A stretch of DNA of 64,000 nucleotides from Myxococcota bacterium. Lineage in GTDB: Bacteria; Myxococcota; UBA4151. Of this stretch, positions 17,364-27,317 are shown piece by piece. Each line of letters starts with the position of its first letter. The stretch's first letter is position 1. The notes below the pieces were generated by a model. The model was not told the DNA's origin. It searched no databases and worked only from the letters and a program-made list of their open reading frames with translations. The position numbers and the translations under genes are program-made. The stretch lies in contig JAYZBQ010000048.1 in assembly GCA_036338695.1 (NCBI GenBank), forward strand, positions 352,001 to 416,000, written 5' to 3'.

Positions 17364-18520
17364 GGTCGGCTTGGTTGCTCCTCGGCGTCGCCTGCGCCAC
17401 ACCGCCGGTGAGTCCGCTGAGCGAGCCAAAGGCTCAGTCGCCGGTCGCCGAACCGGCGCATTCGGATCGCTTCAAGCAAGGCACGCAGCGGGTCGTCGAC
17501 TCCGCTGAGCCCCCCGATTGGCTGGCTCGCGGTGCGGGCTGCTCACTCGGTCAGATGACCGCTATGGAGCAGGGGCAAGCGACGGTCGTACCCGCCCATC
17601 TGTGCGTCGGCGTCGCAAGCGCGTCCACGCCCGCCGAGGCGCGGTGTGCTTCCGCTGAGGCGCAAGCTTGGGCGGGGATCGCAAAACTCTTTGGCGTCGA
17701 CGCTGGCGTGCGCGTGGAGGGTGCCACCATGCGTTTCGGCGGTCAGACGGCGATGATTCAGGGGGCGCGGGTCGACGCGACCTGGCGCGGGATGTACGCC
17801 AAGTCGTCGGTGTGTGCGGTGCAGGTCGTCTGGCCGGTGCAAGCGTTTGAGCAGCTTCAGGCGAGCTGGTCGGAGCGCAGCGCGCGAGCGCTCAAGCTCT
17901 ACCAAGATGCGGTCAACGGCAGCGGATCGACAGCGACGCGCTGCGAGCAGCTCAAACAGTCGAAAGAGCTGCTCAGCAGCATCCCTGGAAACCGCGTGCT
18001 CGAGGGCGAGGTCCAGAATTCCTCCTTGTTAGCGGATCTCGTGGTCCAGAGCATTGGGCAGCGATGTACCTCGGAGAAGACGATCATCTTGGGGACGCTG
18101 TGTCTGATGGATGATGAAGTCATGAAGTGCCCAAGCACCGTTAAAAGTCGTCTTGCGGGCGTGCTGAGCCGTGCCGGTTGGCAGATCGTAGGGTCCGAGC
18201 TCGCCGCAAACAACCTGGCGCAGCTGTTCGACGGTGGTCAGGATGTTTTGCGGCAAGAGAGCACGCGGCAGGCGGCGCGGTTCATGGCGGCGGTGAAGGT
18301 CGACGTCCGGAAGCTGCTCAAGCGCAACGGCTTGATGCTCTGTCGAGGCGATCTGGATTTTCGCTTGCTCGATAGCCGCTCGGGCGCGGCGATCAAGACC
18401 TTTGAGCACACGCAAAAGGGCGGTGGTTTAGACCCGAAGCAGTGCTTTCAAAAGACCGCTGCTAAGTTGGTCAAGCGAGCGAGTCAGCCCCTTGCAAAGG
18501 CGATGACCGCAGACCCATGA
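17360..18520 (+). CDS. Hypothetical Cys-rich lipoprotein
   Basis: TTG start overlapping the lgt stop; lipobox GVA-C. PPDWL...VGVA resembles LPP20-type proteins; 10 further Cys. Confidence 0.6.
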   Translation: MRSAWLLLGVACATPPVSPLSEPKAQSPVAEPAHSDRFKQGTQRVVDSAEPPDWLARGAGCSLGQMTAMEQGQATVVPAHLCVGVASASTPAEARCASAEAQAWAGIAKLFGVDAGVRVEGATMRFGGQTAMIQGARVDATWRGMYAKSSVCAVQVVWPVQAFEQLQASWSERSARALKLYQDAVNGSGSTATRCEQLKQSKELLSSIPGNRVLEGEVQNSSLLADLVVQSIGQRCTSEKTIILGTLCLMDDEVMKCPSTVKSRLAGVLSRAGWQIVGSELAANNLAQLFDGGQDVLRQESTRQAARFMAAVKVDVRKLLKRNGLMLCRGDLDFRLLDSRSGAAIKTFEHTQKGGGLDPKQCFQKTAAKLVKRASQPLAKAMTADP

Positions 18521-19230
18521 TCCGTGCCGAGCGCCTCAGCCGAAGTTTTGCCGCTCGCCGAGCCGTTCACGAGCTTAATTTCGAGCTTGAGGCAGGTGCT
18601 GTTGTTGCTTTTGTTGGTCCAAATGGCGCAGGAAAAACAACGACTCTGAGGATGGTTACCGGTGCTTTAGCGCCGAGTTCAGGGCGTGTTTTAGTCGATG
18701 GGTTCGATACCTTTGAGCAGCCGTTTGAAGCGCGCGCTCGCATCGGCTTTCTCCCAGAGACGCCGCCGCTGTATCCAGAGCTTCGTGTGCACGAAAATCT
18801 GCGGTTCGTTGCGGCGATTAAAGGGGTCGACTCGAGCGCAGTCGCAGCGGTCGTTGAGCGCTGCGAGCTTGGCGACGTCCTCAACCAGCTGCAACATCAG
18901 CTCTCCAAGGGGTATCGACAGCGTGTAGGGCTCGCCCTGGCGCTTCTGGGTGAGCCGCCGCTGTTGATCTTGGATGAGCCGACCTCCGGTTTAGATCCCG
19001 CCCAGATCGAGGGGATGCGCGCGTTGATCCGCTCGCTCAGTCAGGAGCATACGGTCCTGCTCTCAACTCATCTTCTCAGCGAGGTGGAGGCGGTCTGTGA
19101 TCACGTCTTGATGATCGATCAAGGCAAGTTGGTCGCCGACGCACCCGCAGCCGAGCTCATCACCGAGCATGGTGATCTCCAGAAGGCATTTTTGGCGCGC
19201 TGTGCGGTCCATCGGCGGGAGCAGGCATGA
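18517..19230 (+). CDS. ABC-2 transporter ATP-binding protein (GldA-like)
   Basis: GPNGAGKTT, LSKGYRQRVGLA, LILDEPTSGLDP. Confidence 0.93.
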   Translation: MIRAERLSRSFAARRAVHELNFELEAGAVVAFVGPNGAGKTTTLRMVTGALAPSSGRVLVDGFDTFEQPFEARARIGFLPETPPLYPELRVHENLRFVAAIKGVDSSAVAAVVERCELGDVLNQLQHQLSKGYRQRVGLALALLGEPPLLILDEPTSGLDPAQIEGMRALIRSLSQEHTVLLSTHLLSEVEAVCDHVLMIDQGKLVADAPAAELITEHGDLQKAFLARCAVHRREQA

Positions 19231-20006
19231 TGCGCCGGATCGTCGCCGTCATGAGGGTGGAGTTGCTTCGGCAGCTGACCACGCCTCTCGTCTACGTCAT
19301 GGGCTTCTTTTTATCGGCGCTGAGCGGCTATTTTCTGATTATTTTGAGCCAGAATTTTATCGAGCTCACCTTACAGTTTGGCGCCAACCCCGAGGCCGCG
19401 AATCTTCATTTTCACGAGCGCATCATCGCCCCGATGGTGCTAAATATCGAGTACCTCTTTGTGGTGATCGTTCCGCTCTTGACGATGCGTACGCTCGCAG
19501 CCGAGCGGGCGCAGGGGAGCTTTGAGTTGCTCGCTGCCTCGTTGGTACGTCCCTGGGAGCTCGTCGCCGGAAAGTTCGCCGCCTTGATGGTGGTGGTCTT
19601 GGGCTTATGCGTCGTGATTGGACTTGAGCCGCTCATTCTTGCCTGGATCGCCGAGCCTGGATCGGCCTTTGACTACGGCGCGCTCACCACGGCCTTGCTG
19701 GGGCTGTTCTTGCTCGGTAGCGCTTTCTCGGCGGTCGGTTTGGCGGCGTCTGCGCTGACTCGAAGCCCGGCGCTCGCCGCGGGCGGGAGCTTCTTATTTT
19801 TACTGTTCGCTTGGGTGCTGCGCTTGGCGGGGCGAGGGGGCGGTTTTTGGGGCGAGCTGTTGCCGTCGCTGAGTCCGCTGTCTCGGCTTGAGAGTTTTGC
19901 GATCGGGCGGCTCGCTGCGGCGGATATCGCCTACTTTGTGGTCCTGATCGCTTGTGGTCTGTTGGTCGCCCAGCGCAGCGTTGATCGCCATCGGTGGCAA
20001 GGATGA
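19227..20006 (+). CDS. ABC-2 permease (GldF-like)
   Basis: About 6 TM segments; PLLTMRTLAAERAQGSFELL...ELVAGKF. Confidence 0.88.
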   Translation: MMRRIVAVMRVELLRQLTTPLVYVMGFFLSALSGYFLIILSQNFIELTLQFGANPEAANLHFHERIIAPMVLNIEYLFVVIVPLLTMRTLAAERAQGSFELLAASLVRPWELVAGKFAALMVVVLGLCVVIGLEPLILAWIAEPGSAFDYGALTTALLGLFLLGSAFSAVGLAASALTRSPALAAGGSFLFLLFAWVLRLAGRGGGFWGELLPSLSPLSRLESFAIGRLAAADIAYFVVLIACGLLVAQRSVDRHRWQG

Positions 20007-21532
20007 AGCCTCGTCACTCGCTCGCAGGCCTGCTCGGGCTGATCCTTTTGCTGTCGGCGCCCGTGACCTGGCTCACGAGCTTGGACGAACCTGGGTTTGT
20101 GATCGCTAAGCTGGTCTTGAGCGTTTTGGCGCTCGGTTACTATGGCCGAGCGGTTTTTGCGCATCATCAAGGTCGACTCAAGGGGCGCGGCGGGCTTCAT
20201 GCCTGGATCAGCGCTCAGTGGTTGGTCGCTTTGGTCGTCGCTGGGAGCGTCTTGGTTGGCTTCTTTGAGCAGCGCGCAATCGTCTGGGACCTCACCTCGG
20301 ATCATGTCTACACCTTGGCGCCTGAGACCCAACAACTTCTGGCTCAAGCTGTCGAGCCGATCCAAGTCCAAGGGTTTTTGGCGCCCGAGCAGCCGCAGGC
20401 GAAGGTGTTGAGTAATTTGGTTAATCAGCTGCGTACATCAGGCGCTGAGGTGACCTTGGAGCTCGTGGATCCGATGCGCGCGCCGAAGCGAGCGCAAGAA
20501 GCCCTGATCACCACCGACTCACCCAAAATTATTGTGCGCTATCAAGGGCGAGAGGCGCGTGTGCGCCTGCCTACGGAGCAGCAGCTCGCTCAAGGGTTGT
20601 CCCGCCTGCTCGGGACGCATCGCCAGGTCTTTGTGTTACGCGGGCACGGTGAGCCCGAGCTCGTCGGTGAAGACGCCTCAGGGTTCGCTCGCTTGGCGCG
20701 AGAGCTCGCAGGAGAAGGGTTTACGCTCGCTTACCTCGATCTCGCAAAGCAAGGGCGGATCCCGCTCGGGACCGACGCAGTGCTATGGTTGCATCCCAAG
20801 ACGGCGCTGCTCGATAAAGAGCGCGACGCGCTCAATCTGTACCTCGACACCGGCGGGAGGCTGTTGATCGCTGCGCAGGCAGGCGCTGAAGGCCCTGTTA
20901 ATGCGCTCTTGGGTGGTCGCGGCCTTCGGCTGCGCTCAGGCGTGGTCGTCGATCCAGACGTCAGCGGCACGGCGGATGTTCAGGGGGACCCTGCGGTGAT
21001 GATCGCTGCGTACACAGATCACCCGATCGTGGCGCGCCTTGCGGCGTCGGGGCTACGGACCCTGCTGCGTCGAGCGGCGCCGATCGAGCTGAGAAACAGC
21101 CCGGTCGGGACCCTCCAGCCTTTAGCCGCCGCATCGCCCGAAAGCTGGGTAGAAGCTGACCCGATGAGTCGGGTCTGGAGACGCCCCGAGGCGGCGTCTC
21201 GTCCCGCTATTTTAGCCGCCGTCTGGAGTCGAGAGACACGCCAACTCGAGGTCCGCCGCAGCGACGAGGCGCGCCTGGCGCTTCTGGGTGATGCGACGAT
21301 GATGAGCAACGGTGGACTCATCCATGCCGGCAATCGAAACCTGGCGCTCAACGTCATGTCGTGGCTGACGAGCGATCAAGAGACGCTCGAGATTACGGCG
21401 TCTGAGCGGCGAGTCTCGCGGCTCTTCCTGACCAAGCGGGAGCGCAGCCGCTTGCGCCTCTTGGTGTTGGACGTCCTCCCCTTGATGATCCTCTTGCCGG
21501 GGCTTGTGATCTGGCGGAGGCGACAAGTTTGA
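20003..21532 (+). CDS. GldG-family ABC transporter auxiliary component
   Basis: WDLTSDHVYTLAPETQQLL, GHGE, YLDTGG, GNRNLALN..SWL, C-terminal TM ending WRRR. Confidence 0.85.
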   Translation: MKPRHSLAGLLGLILLLSAPVTWLTSLDEPGFVIAKLVLSVLALGYYGRAVFAHHQGRLKGRGGLHAWISAQWLVALVVAGSVLVGFFEQRAIVWDLTSDHVYTLAPETQQLLAQAVEPIQVQGFLAPEQPQAKVLSNLVNQLRTSGAEVTLELVDPMRAPKRAQEALITTDSPKIIVRYQGREARVRLPTEQQLAQGLSRLLGTHRQVFVLRGHGEPELVGEDASGFARLARELAGEGFTLAYLDLAKQGRIPLGTDAVLWLHPKTALLDKERDALNLYLDTGGRLLIAAQAGAEGPVNALLGGRGLRLRSGVVVDPDVSGTADVQGDPAVMIAAYTDHPIVARLAASGLRTLLRRAAPIELRNSPVGTLQPLAAASPESWVEADPMSRVWRRPEAASRPAILAAVWSRETRQLEVRRSDEARLALLGDATMMSNGGLIHAGNRNLALNVMSWLTSDQETLEITASERRVSRLFLTKRERSRLRLLVLDVLPLMILLPGLVIWRRRQV

Positions 21533-22839
21533 GTCGCTCAATCGCACGCGCGCTGCTGTTTTCAGGGGTGGCGGTCTCGTTGGCGGTGGCGCTGTGGCTG
21601 CGTCAGCATGAGGCGGCTGACGAGCAAGGGCTTGAGTCAACGCTGGCTCAAAAGCAGCGTCTGTTCTCGCCGCTATGTTTTGACCCTGCGGTCACCGATC
21701 AGGTGCGCTTTGAGGACCGAGGAGCTGCCGTTGAGCTGCGCCTCAAGGATCGTTGGCGTGACGCCGAGCAGCGCGTCATTGAGGACCGTAAACTTGAGGT
21801 GATTCTAGCGACCTTGCGCACGACGCGCGCCGAGCGGCTGGACGGCTCGGTGGTGCCCAGCGACCTCGGGCTTGAGCCGCCTCGGCACGCGCTCGAGCTC
21901 GAGTCGAGTCAACACAACCGCCGGTGCCGCGTGGAGTTAGGCGCTAAGCACCCCCTTGATGACCGCGTCGTTTTCCGGCGGATTGACGGGGATGAGACGC
22001 TGGTTGGGTGGGCAAAGTACAGCGCAACGAATGAGCGACTCATCGAATTAAAAGGCCTGGCAGCCGAGACGGTGCTTCCCCTTCGAAGTGGTGACATTGA
22101 TCGCTTAGAGGTCGAGCCACAGGTCGGTATGGTGCCGTATGAGGTTCGCCGGATACCGGGCGCATTCATGCTCTCGAACGAGCAGCTTCAGCAACGCGCA
22201 GATCAGGAGCTCATCGCCGAGCTCTTGGATCGACTGGTCAGCCTAAAAGGAGAGCTTGAGGAGACCGATCGTAAGCTGAGCGATCCGGACTGGATCGTCC
22301 GTGTTCACAACGGACCGCTGTCGGTTCGTCTCGCCTTTTTTCGCTCCGCTGACGGGCTGTGGATCGCCAGCGATGAGCTGGTCTTTCGCGCCCGTCAGAG
22401 CGACCTATCGTGGCTTGTGAAGCCGGCGAAAGCCTGGCGAGATCTTCGGCTCACGTACTATGAACGCGGCGAGGTCCGGCGCGTCGAGATCGCCGACGGT
22501 ACCGGGCGAACTTTTGTTTATCGCCGGCAACCGGACGCTCAGGGCGGTTTGGACCGATGGTTTCATCACGACCGAGCGCTCAAAGACACGCATCTACTCT
22601 CTGGCTTGCAGTGGGATCTCCACAGGCTCCGCGGGCGCGCGATCGTTGATGAGCTCACGACCCTTGAGTGCGGCGAGCAATGTGCTCGCATCAAGATGAT
22701 CGATGTGCGCGACAAGGTCCTCGTTGACGTGGCGCTGGATCGGCGCGCCAGCGACGTGTTGATTCAGCGCAGCAAAGGACCTGTGATGGTGATCGATCAG
22801 CAAGCCGTCGAGAACTGGCCGTTCACTGCGTTGAACTAA
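21529..22839 (+). CDS. DUF4340-like periplasmic protein
   Basis: N-terminal TM, DLGLEPP and WRDLRL motifs; usual fourth gene of GldAFG-type clusters. Confidence 0.7.
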   Translation: MSRSIARALLFSGVAVSLAVALWLRQHEAADEQGLESTLAQKQRLFSPLCFDPAVTDQVRFEDRGAAVELRLKDRWRDAEQRVIEDRKLEVILATLRTTRAERLDGSVVPSDLGLEPPRHALELESSQHNRRCRVELGAKHPLDDRVVFRRIDGDETLVGWAKYSATNERLIELKGLAAETVLPLRSGDIDRLEVEPQVGMVPYEVRRIPGAFMLSNEQLQQRADQELIAELLDRLVSLKGELEETDRKLSDPDWIVRVHNGPLSVRLAFFRSADGLWIASDELVFRARQSDLSWLVKPAKAWRDLRLTYYERGEVRRVEIADGTGRTFVYRRQPDAQGGLDRWFHHDRALKDTHLLSGLQWDLHRLRGRAIVDELTTLECGEQCARIKMIDVRDKVLVDVALDRRASDVLIQRSKGPVMVIDQQAVENWPFTALN

Positions 22840-22897
22840 ATCAGGCGACGTGACGATATGGAGGGGTGATCCTGCTCGCGTAAGGAGGGACCACCTC

Positions 22898-23116
22898 ATG
22901 ACCCAAGTGATCTCAACCCAAGGTGCTCTGTTCGACTGTGTCGTTCGGAACACGGAGCGTTTGGTGTTGGTGGGGGTCGCTGAGCGCTGCAGCGGCAGCG
23001 TGCGCGTCTGTTCGCCGCTGCCAGGGCGCCTCAAAGAGCGCCTGAGCGGGAGGCGTTGGGTGCTCGATTACGTTGATCGAGGGCAAGGCCTCAGCGTGTA
23101 TCGACGAGGGCGTTAG
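22898..23116 (+). CDS. Small hypothetical protein (72 aa)
   Basis: Strong SD AAGGAGG upstream of ATG 22898; no recognisable motif. Confidence 0.45.
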   Translation: MTQVISTQGALFDCVVRNTERLVLVGVAERCSGSVRVCSPLPGRLKERLSGRRWVLDYVDRGQGLSVYRRGR

Positions 23117-23409
23117 CCGTCGCGCTTGGGCAGCACGACACGCCGGTCCGGAAAACTGCGTGCGCCCTGCTGAAGGCTGGGCTCAAAGCCCGCCTCGCGG
23201 ATGGCTCGCTCGGCGTCGAGGAGCGTTGGGAAGATGATGTAGCTGTCACCGCCCGGGTGGATGTGCCGATCCACTTTACCGTGGAAGGCGTGTAAGCTTG
23301 CGGGAACGAGGTAACCGCGCCCTTCGGCACGGTGCGGATGGATCTCCACAATCGAGTGCAAGATAGGCTCCTGTGTTCGTGCTCGAACATTCGAGCGACC
23401 CTGCATCAC
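23113..23409 (-). CDS. Small hypothetical protein
   Basis: Fills the gap downstream of fmt on the same strand; stop overlaps the stop of the convergent ORF. Confidence 0.45.
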   Translation of the reverse strand: MMQGRSNVRARTQEPILHSIVEIHPHRAEGRGYLVPASLHAFHGKVDRHIHPGGDSYIIFPTLLDAERAIREAGFEPSLQQGARSFPDRRVVLPKRDG

Positions 23410-23455
23410 TTTGAACCCGTGATGTCAACAAACATCTTCATGATAACGTCGATTT

Positions 23456-24403
23456 TTAGGCTTCAAAGCGGTCTTGTGGGGTGATGGAGAGCCCAGCGCG
23501 AACCTGCTGCCAGGTGAGGCGCTTTTTGCCGTCGAGTTGAAGGCGTAGCACATTGAGCGCACCGGTCTCGCAGGCGACCCAGAGTCCTTCGGTATCACAT
23601 CGTAAGATGGTGCCGGGAATTTCGGTATGTTCGAGCGCAAGGGGTTCAGCAGACCAGATCTTGAGACCGATCGCTTGTTGGGCTCGAAGGAGTCTGCACC
23701 GAAGACCCAATCGAGGGTCAAAGGCACGCGCTTTGCGCGCCCACACCTCGGCATGACCTAAGAAATTAATCTGTCCTTCGTGGCGCTGAATGCGGTGCGC
23801 ATAGACGGCCAAGTCGTTATCTTGCGGCGTTTCCGTCAGCTCGCCGCGTAGCGCCCCAGACAGATGGCTCGTCGTCAGCGCGGCTGCTTCGACAGCGAGC
23901 ACTTGCGCCAGGCTCTCAGCGTTGTGCCCAGCGGTCGCAACACGTCGCTCGCCGAGGACCGGTCCAGTATCAAGTCCTGCCTCCATCACCATCAGCTGAA
24001 CGCCGGTCTCGACGTCACCGGCCTCGAGACAGCGCTCGATGGGCGCCGCACCGCGCCAGCGCGGCAGCAACGAGCCGTGCAGATTGAGCCACCGATCCGG
24101 ACAGCGCTCGAGATGCGCCGCGGTGATGATTTGACCGTAGGCCATCACCAAGCAAGCGTCGGGCTCGAACTCGTCGAGCACGGCGTCACCTTGCTCGCCG
24201 CGAAACCTCGTAGGCGTCCGGACCTCAAGCCCGAGCTCGAGAGCAGCCTGGTGAGTAGCGCTCGGTTGCAGGCGCCGCCCGCGACCACGCCGAGAGGGGG
24301 GCTGCGAGACCACCGCGAGCAGCTCCACGCCATCGAGCGCATAACAGGCTCTGAGCGCAGGCACGGCGATCGGTGCGGTCCCAAGGAAGAGGAGGCGAGC
24401 CAT
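23456..24403 (-). CDS. fmt: Methionyl-tRNA formyltransferase
   Basis: LFLGT, VVSQP, MAYGQI, NLHGSLLPRWRGAAPI, GLDTG. Confidence 0.97.
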   Translation of the reverse strand: MARLLFLGTAPIAVPALRACYALDGVELLAVVSQPPSRRGRGRRLQPSATHQAALELGLEVRTPTRFRGEQGDAVLDEFEPDACLVMAYGQIITAAHLERCPDRWLNLHGSLLPRWRGAAPIERCLEAGDVETGVQLMVMEAGLDTGPVLGERRVATAGHNAESLAQVLAVEAAALTTSHLSGALRGELTETPQDNDLAVYAHRIQRHEGQINFLGHAEVWARKARAFDPRLGLRCRLLRAQQAIGLKIWSAEPLALEHTEIPGTILRCDTEGLWVACETGALNVLRLQLDGKKRLTWQQVRAGLSITPQDRFEA

Positions 24404-24408
24404 CGTTA

Positions 24409-24945
24409 TTAGGCGCTCTTGAGGGCTTTCATCGCCAGTCGAATGGCGCGTGCGCGCGCTCGGTCATGCATCCGGTCGGGGTAGACGATGCCGTCGAGGT
24501 GATCGATCTCGTGCTGGATGCAGACCGCCATCAGCTCGCTCGCTTCGAGGGTCATACGTTGCCCCTCGAGGTTAGTAAAATCAGCTTGAATAACGGCTGA
24601 GCGCTCGACGCCGCCGACCTCTTCTGGGACGCTCAGGCAGCCTTCTTCCCAGACGATGCTCCCCTCACGCGCAACGATTTCAGGGTTGATCATCACGTGG
24701 GGTCCGAGCGCAGGGTCGCGCATCTCGCCCTCCTCTTCCTCTCCGGGGAAGGGGTTGAGATCGACGACGATGAGGCGCTTGGTGACGCCCACCTGGTTCG
24801 CCGCAAGTCCGATCCCACGCGCAGCGACCATGGTCTCGAGCATGTCGTGCGCGAGCGTCTTGACCTCTTCGGTGATCTCATCGATCGGCTCCGACTGGGT
24901 CGCGAGGATGGGGTCTGGATAGATCAAGATCGTTCGGACAGCCAT
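24409..24945 (-). CDS. def: Peptide deformylase
   Basis: GIGLAANQVG, EGCLS, QHEIDHLDG. Confidence 0.98.
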   Translation of the reverse strand: MAVRTILIYPDPILATQSEPIDEITEEVKTLAHDMLETMVAARGIGLAANQVGVTKRLIVVDLNPFPGEEEEGEMRDPALGPHVMINPEIVAREGSIVWEEGCLSVPEEVGGVERSAVIQADFTNLEGQRMTLEASELMAVCIQHEIDHLDGIVYPDRMHDRARARAIRLAMKALKSA

Positions 24946-27317
24946 CAGCGCTCCAATAACTTCGGGTTAGCGCTTCGGTATTGAGCCCGTAAATCTGGGT
25001 CAAGGAGAACATCACGCGCCTCTTCAAGCTCCTCATAGGCTTCGACAAACCGAGGGTGGTTGGCGTGGAGGTAGAGGCGCAACAGGCTCACGCGCGCAGC
25101 AAAGGCTCGGTGCACTTCGACTGCGCTGTGCACCTCGGGGAGCCCAAGGACGGTGAAGTAGTTGCCCGAACGGATCTGTCGCAGCGCTCGCTCAAAGCTT
25201 TGATCGGGACGGTGACTCTTTTGAATGACGGCGACACCGACCTGGCGCAGTTCCATCTGACCGAGAACGAGCGCGGCGAGGCAGCCGGCGCGCAGGTCCG
25301 AGATCGGTGTCCCCTGGCTCATCGCAAGCGTCGTCAGGGAGGAACTGCCATCAGCCAGGTGGAGCGCCGCGCGCCCCGGGATCAGCTCGGGTAGCGGCGT
25401 GGTGTGAAGGGCTGGGACCGCATCATCTCCACCGATGAGAGCGATCCATAAGGGACTCTCGGTCAGCGCCTCTGCTAGGGAGATGATGCGCGTGACGGTG
25501 TCGACTTGGCTCACAGCGACGGCTTGTTCTTGGTCCAACTCGGGGTGATATTCAGCGTATCCACCAGGTATCTGTGCGCAGCGCAGGAGGATCCGCTCAG
25601 CGGTCTCTTGAGCGAGCTTCTGAACAGCTTCGGTGCTCTGTATGCCCTCTCGAGCCAGCACGGACAGCGCGCTGGCATGGCGTCGCTGCATGAGGTGGCG
25701 CACGCCCGCAAGCTCCACCTCATCGAGCCAGCTTTTCGCAAGCGCTGCCTGGAGCACGTCATGATCAAGGTCGGCGCTGTTGATCGCCTTGAGTCGGCCC
25801 TCGTGCAGATGCATGACGATCGAGAGTTGCTCATGACGCCAGGTCACGCGCCCGCCGACGCGTTCGCGTCCGCAACGAGCCAATAAACCCAGCAGCCCGA
25901 GGGCGTCGAGCGCGCCGAGCGCGCTGATCGGGGCGCGTGGCTTGAGGGTTGGTGGCATCAGCTGCTGACCGATCCGGTTGAGGTTCGAGCGCCGAGCGGG
26001 TGACGGCTGGCTGGTGGTCCATGAATCGGCGGCTCCCCAACCGCCCGGATCAGCCGGTTGGTCTGGCTGAGCCGAGGGTTCCGGATGGCTGTCGCCCCAC
26101 CCTCCGTCATCGTCGCGCGCCGGGTTCCAGCCGCTTGCGTCATCCGTTCCCCAGCCGCCGCCATCGTCGGTGGGTCGGTCCCAAGCGTCAGGGCTCGGCG
26201 CGTCCGCTCCCGATCCATCGGTTTGCTCGACCGGCTCACCCCAGCTCACACCATCGGCTTCAGAGCCCCAATCAGCGCCCTCGGAGGGATCGGGTGTGCG
26301 GCTCTCGTCCGGTGTCCCCCAACCTTCATCGGCTCCTGAAGCACCCGAAGACCAGGCGGCTTCCGCTTCGGTTTCCGATAATTTTGGACCCTTTCGTGAC
26401 TCATTTTTGTTGGTCTCTTGAGGTTCTTTATCGGATTTTACGGACAGATCAGATGTTTCTTTCGGTTGTTTGAGTCCGAAAAGTGGCTCAGGCTCTGCGC
26501 CGACGATCGGGGCAACAGCCGTGCGTTCATCGGCGGGTGCGTCGGGCGTACTCGCCTCGATCGCTGAATCAGCTGCCGCTTCGAGAGAAGGATCGACGGG
26601 CGCTGTCTGTGCTGGCTCATCGACGCTCGGTTCGATGTCTTCGCTCGTGGTGCGGTCGTCGGTGTCTTCACCTACGTGCTCATCGGGTGCGCCGACGTCG
26701 TGAGGGGCTCCCTCAAGCACAGGAAAATCAGGCCCTGAGACCACGGGCTCGTCTTGGGGCGCGGCGGCCTCATCGGCTGCGCGTGCATCGCTCAAGGACG
26801 CTGGCTCGTCTTCAGCTGGCTCGATGGGCTCGACCTCGAAGGGCTCGTCGACCTCCGCTGTCTGCTCAAGCGGCTCGTCTTGAGGCTGTGAGGAGACGGT
26901 TTGATCGAGGGAGGGGCGTGCTTCGTGCGCACCGCGACTGAGCGGCAGCAGGCGCTCGGGCTCATCCGGCGCTGCTAGGTTGAGGAAGCGGCGCAGGTGA
27001 TCCCACAGGTCTGCGACGATGAGCGGCGCGTTGAGGTAGTGATCGGCGCCGAGCGCAAGCGCTTGCGCTGAGCTCTCAAGGCCGCCGACTAACGTCACGG
27101 GTAAGAGATCGTTCCCCCCGAGTCGCCTGAGCTCGCCGATCCATTGCACCAGAACCTCTTCAGCGACGACCCCCGCGATGAGCACGGCCTGCGGCGCCGC
27201 TCCTTCGGTAGGGACGGACGCAAAGGTCGCGACGCTCGGACCCAGAAGATCAACGGCGTTGCGGAGCGCTTGAGCGCTGGTTGGGTCGGGATCGATGATC
27301 CACAGCGACTCGCTCAT
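24945..27317 (-). CDS. Receiver-like / acidic Trp-Gly disordered linker / DUF4388-like / J-like domain protein
   Basis: N-terminal LWIIDPD...ALALGADHYL (degenerate receiver), acidic linker with WG repeats, GRVT...HLHEGRL, C-terminal NYFTVLGL...EEARDVLLDPDLRAQY. Confidence 0.7.
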   Translation of the reverse strand: MSESLWIIDPDPTSAQALRNAVDLLGPSVATFASVPTEGAAPQAVLIAGVVAEEVLVQWIGELRRLGGNDLLPVTLVGGLESSAQALALGADHYLNAPLIVADLWDHLRRFLNLAAPDEPERLLPLSRGAHEARPSLDQTVSSQPQDEPLEQTAEVDEPFEVEPIEPAEDEPASLSDARAADEAAAPQDEPVVSGPDFPVLEGAPHDVGAPDEHVGEDTDDRTTSEDIEPSVDEPAQTAPVDPSLEAAADSAIEASTPDAPADERTAVAPIVGAEPEPLFGLKQPKETSDLSVKSDKEPQETNKNESRKGPKLSETEAEAAWSSGASGADEGWGTPDESRTPDPSEGADWGSEADGVSWGEPVEQTDGSGADAPSPDAWDRPTDDGGGWGTDDASGWNPARDDDGGWGDSHPEPSAQPDQPADPGGWGAADSWTTSQPSPARRSNLNRIGQQLMPPTLKPRAPISALGALDALGLLGLLARCGRERVGGRVTWRHEQLSIVMHLHEGRLKAINSADLDHDVLQAALAKSWLDEVELAGVRHLMQRRHASALSVLAREGIQSTEAVQKLAQETAERILLRCAQIPGGYAEYHPELDQEQAVAVSQVDTVTRIISLAEALTESPLWIALIGGDDAVPALHTTPLPELIPGRAALHLADGSSSLTTLAMSQGTPISDLRAGCLAALVLGQMELRQVGVAVIQKSHRPDQSFERALRQIRSGNYFTVLGLPEVHSAVEVHRAFAARVSLLRLYLHANHPRFVEAYEELEEARDVLLDPDLRAQYRSANPKLLER

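Noticed and set aside
26010..26365. Argonaute-hook function for the WG repeats
   Set aside because: No Argonaute or defence gene in the window; the resemblance is compositional only.
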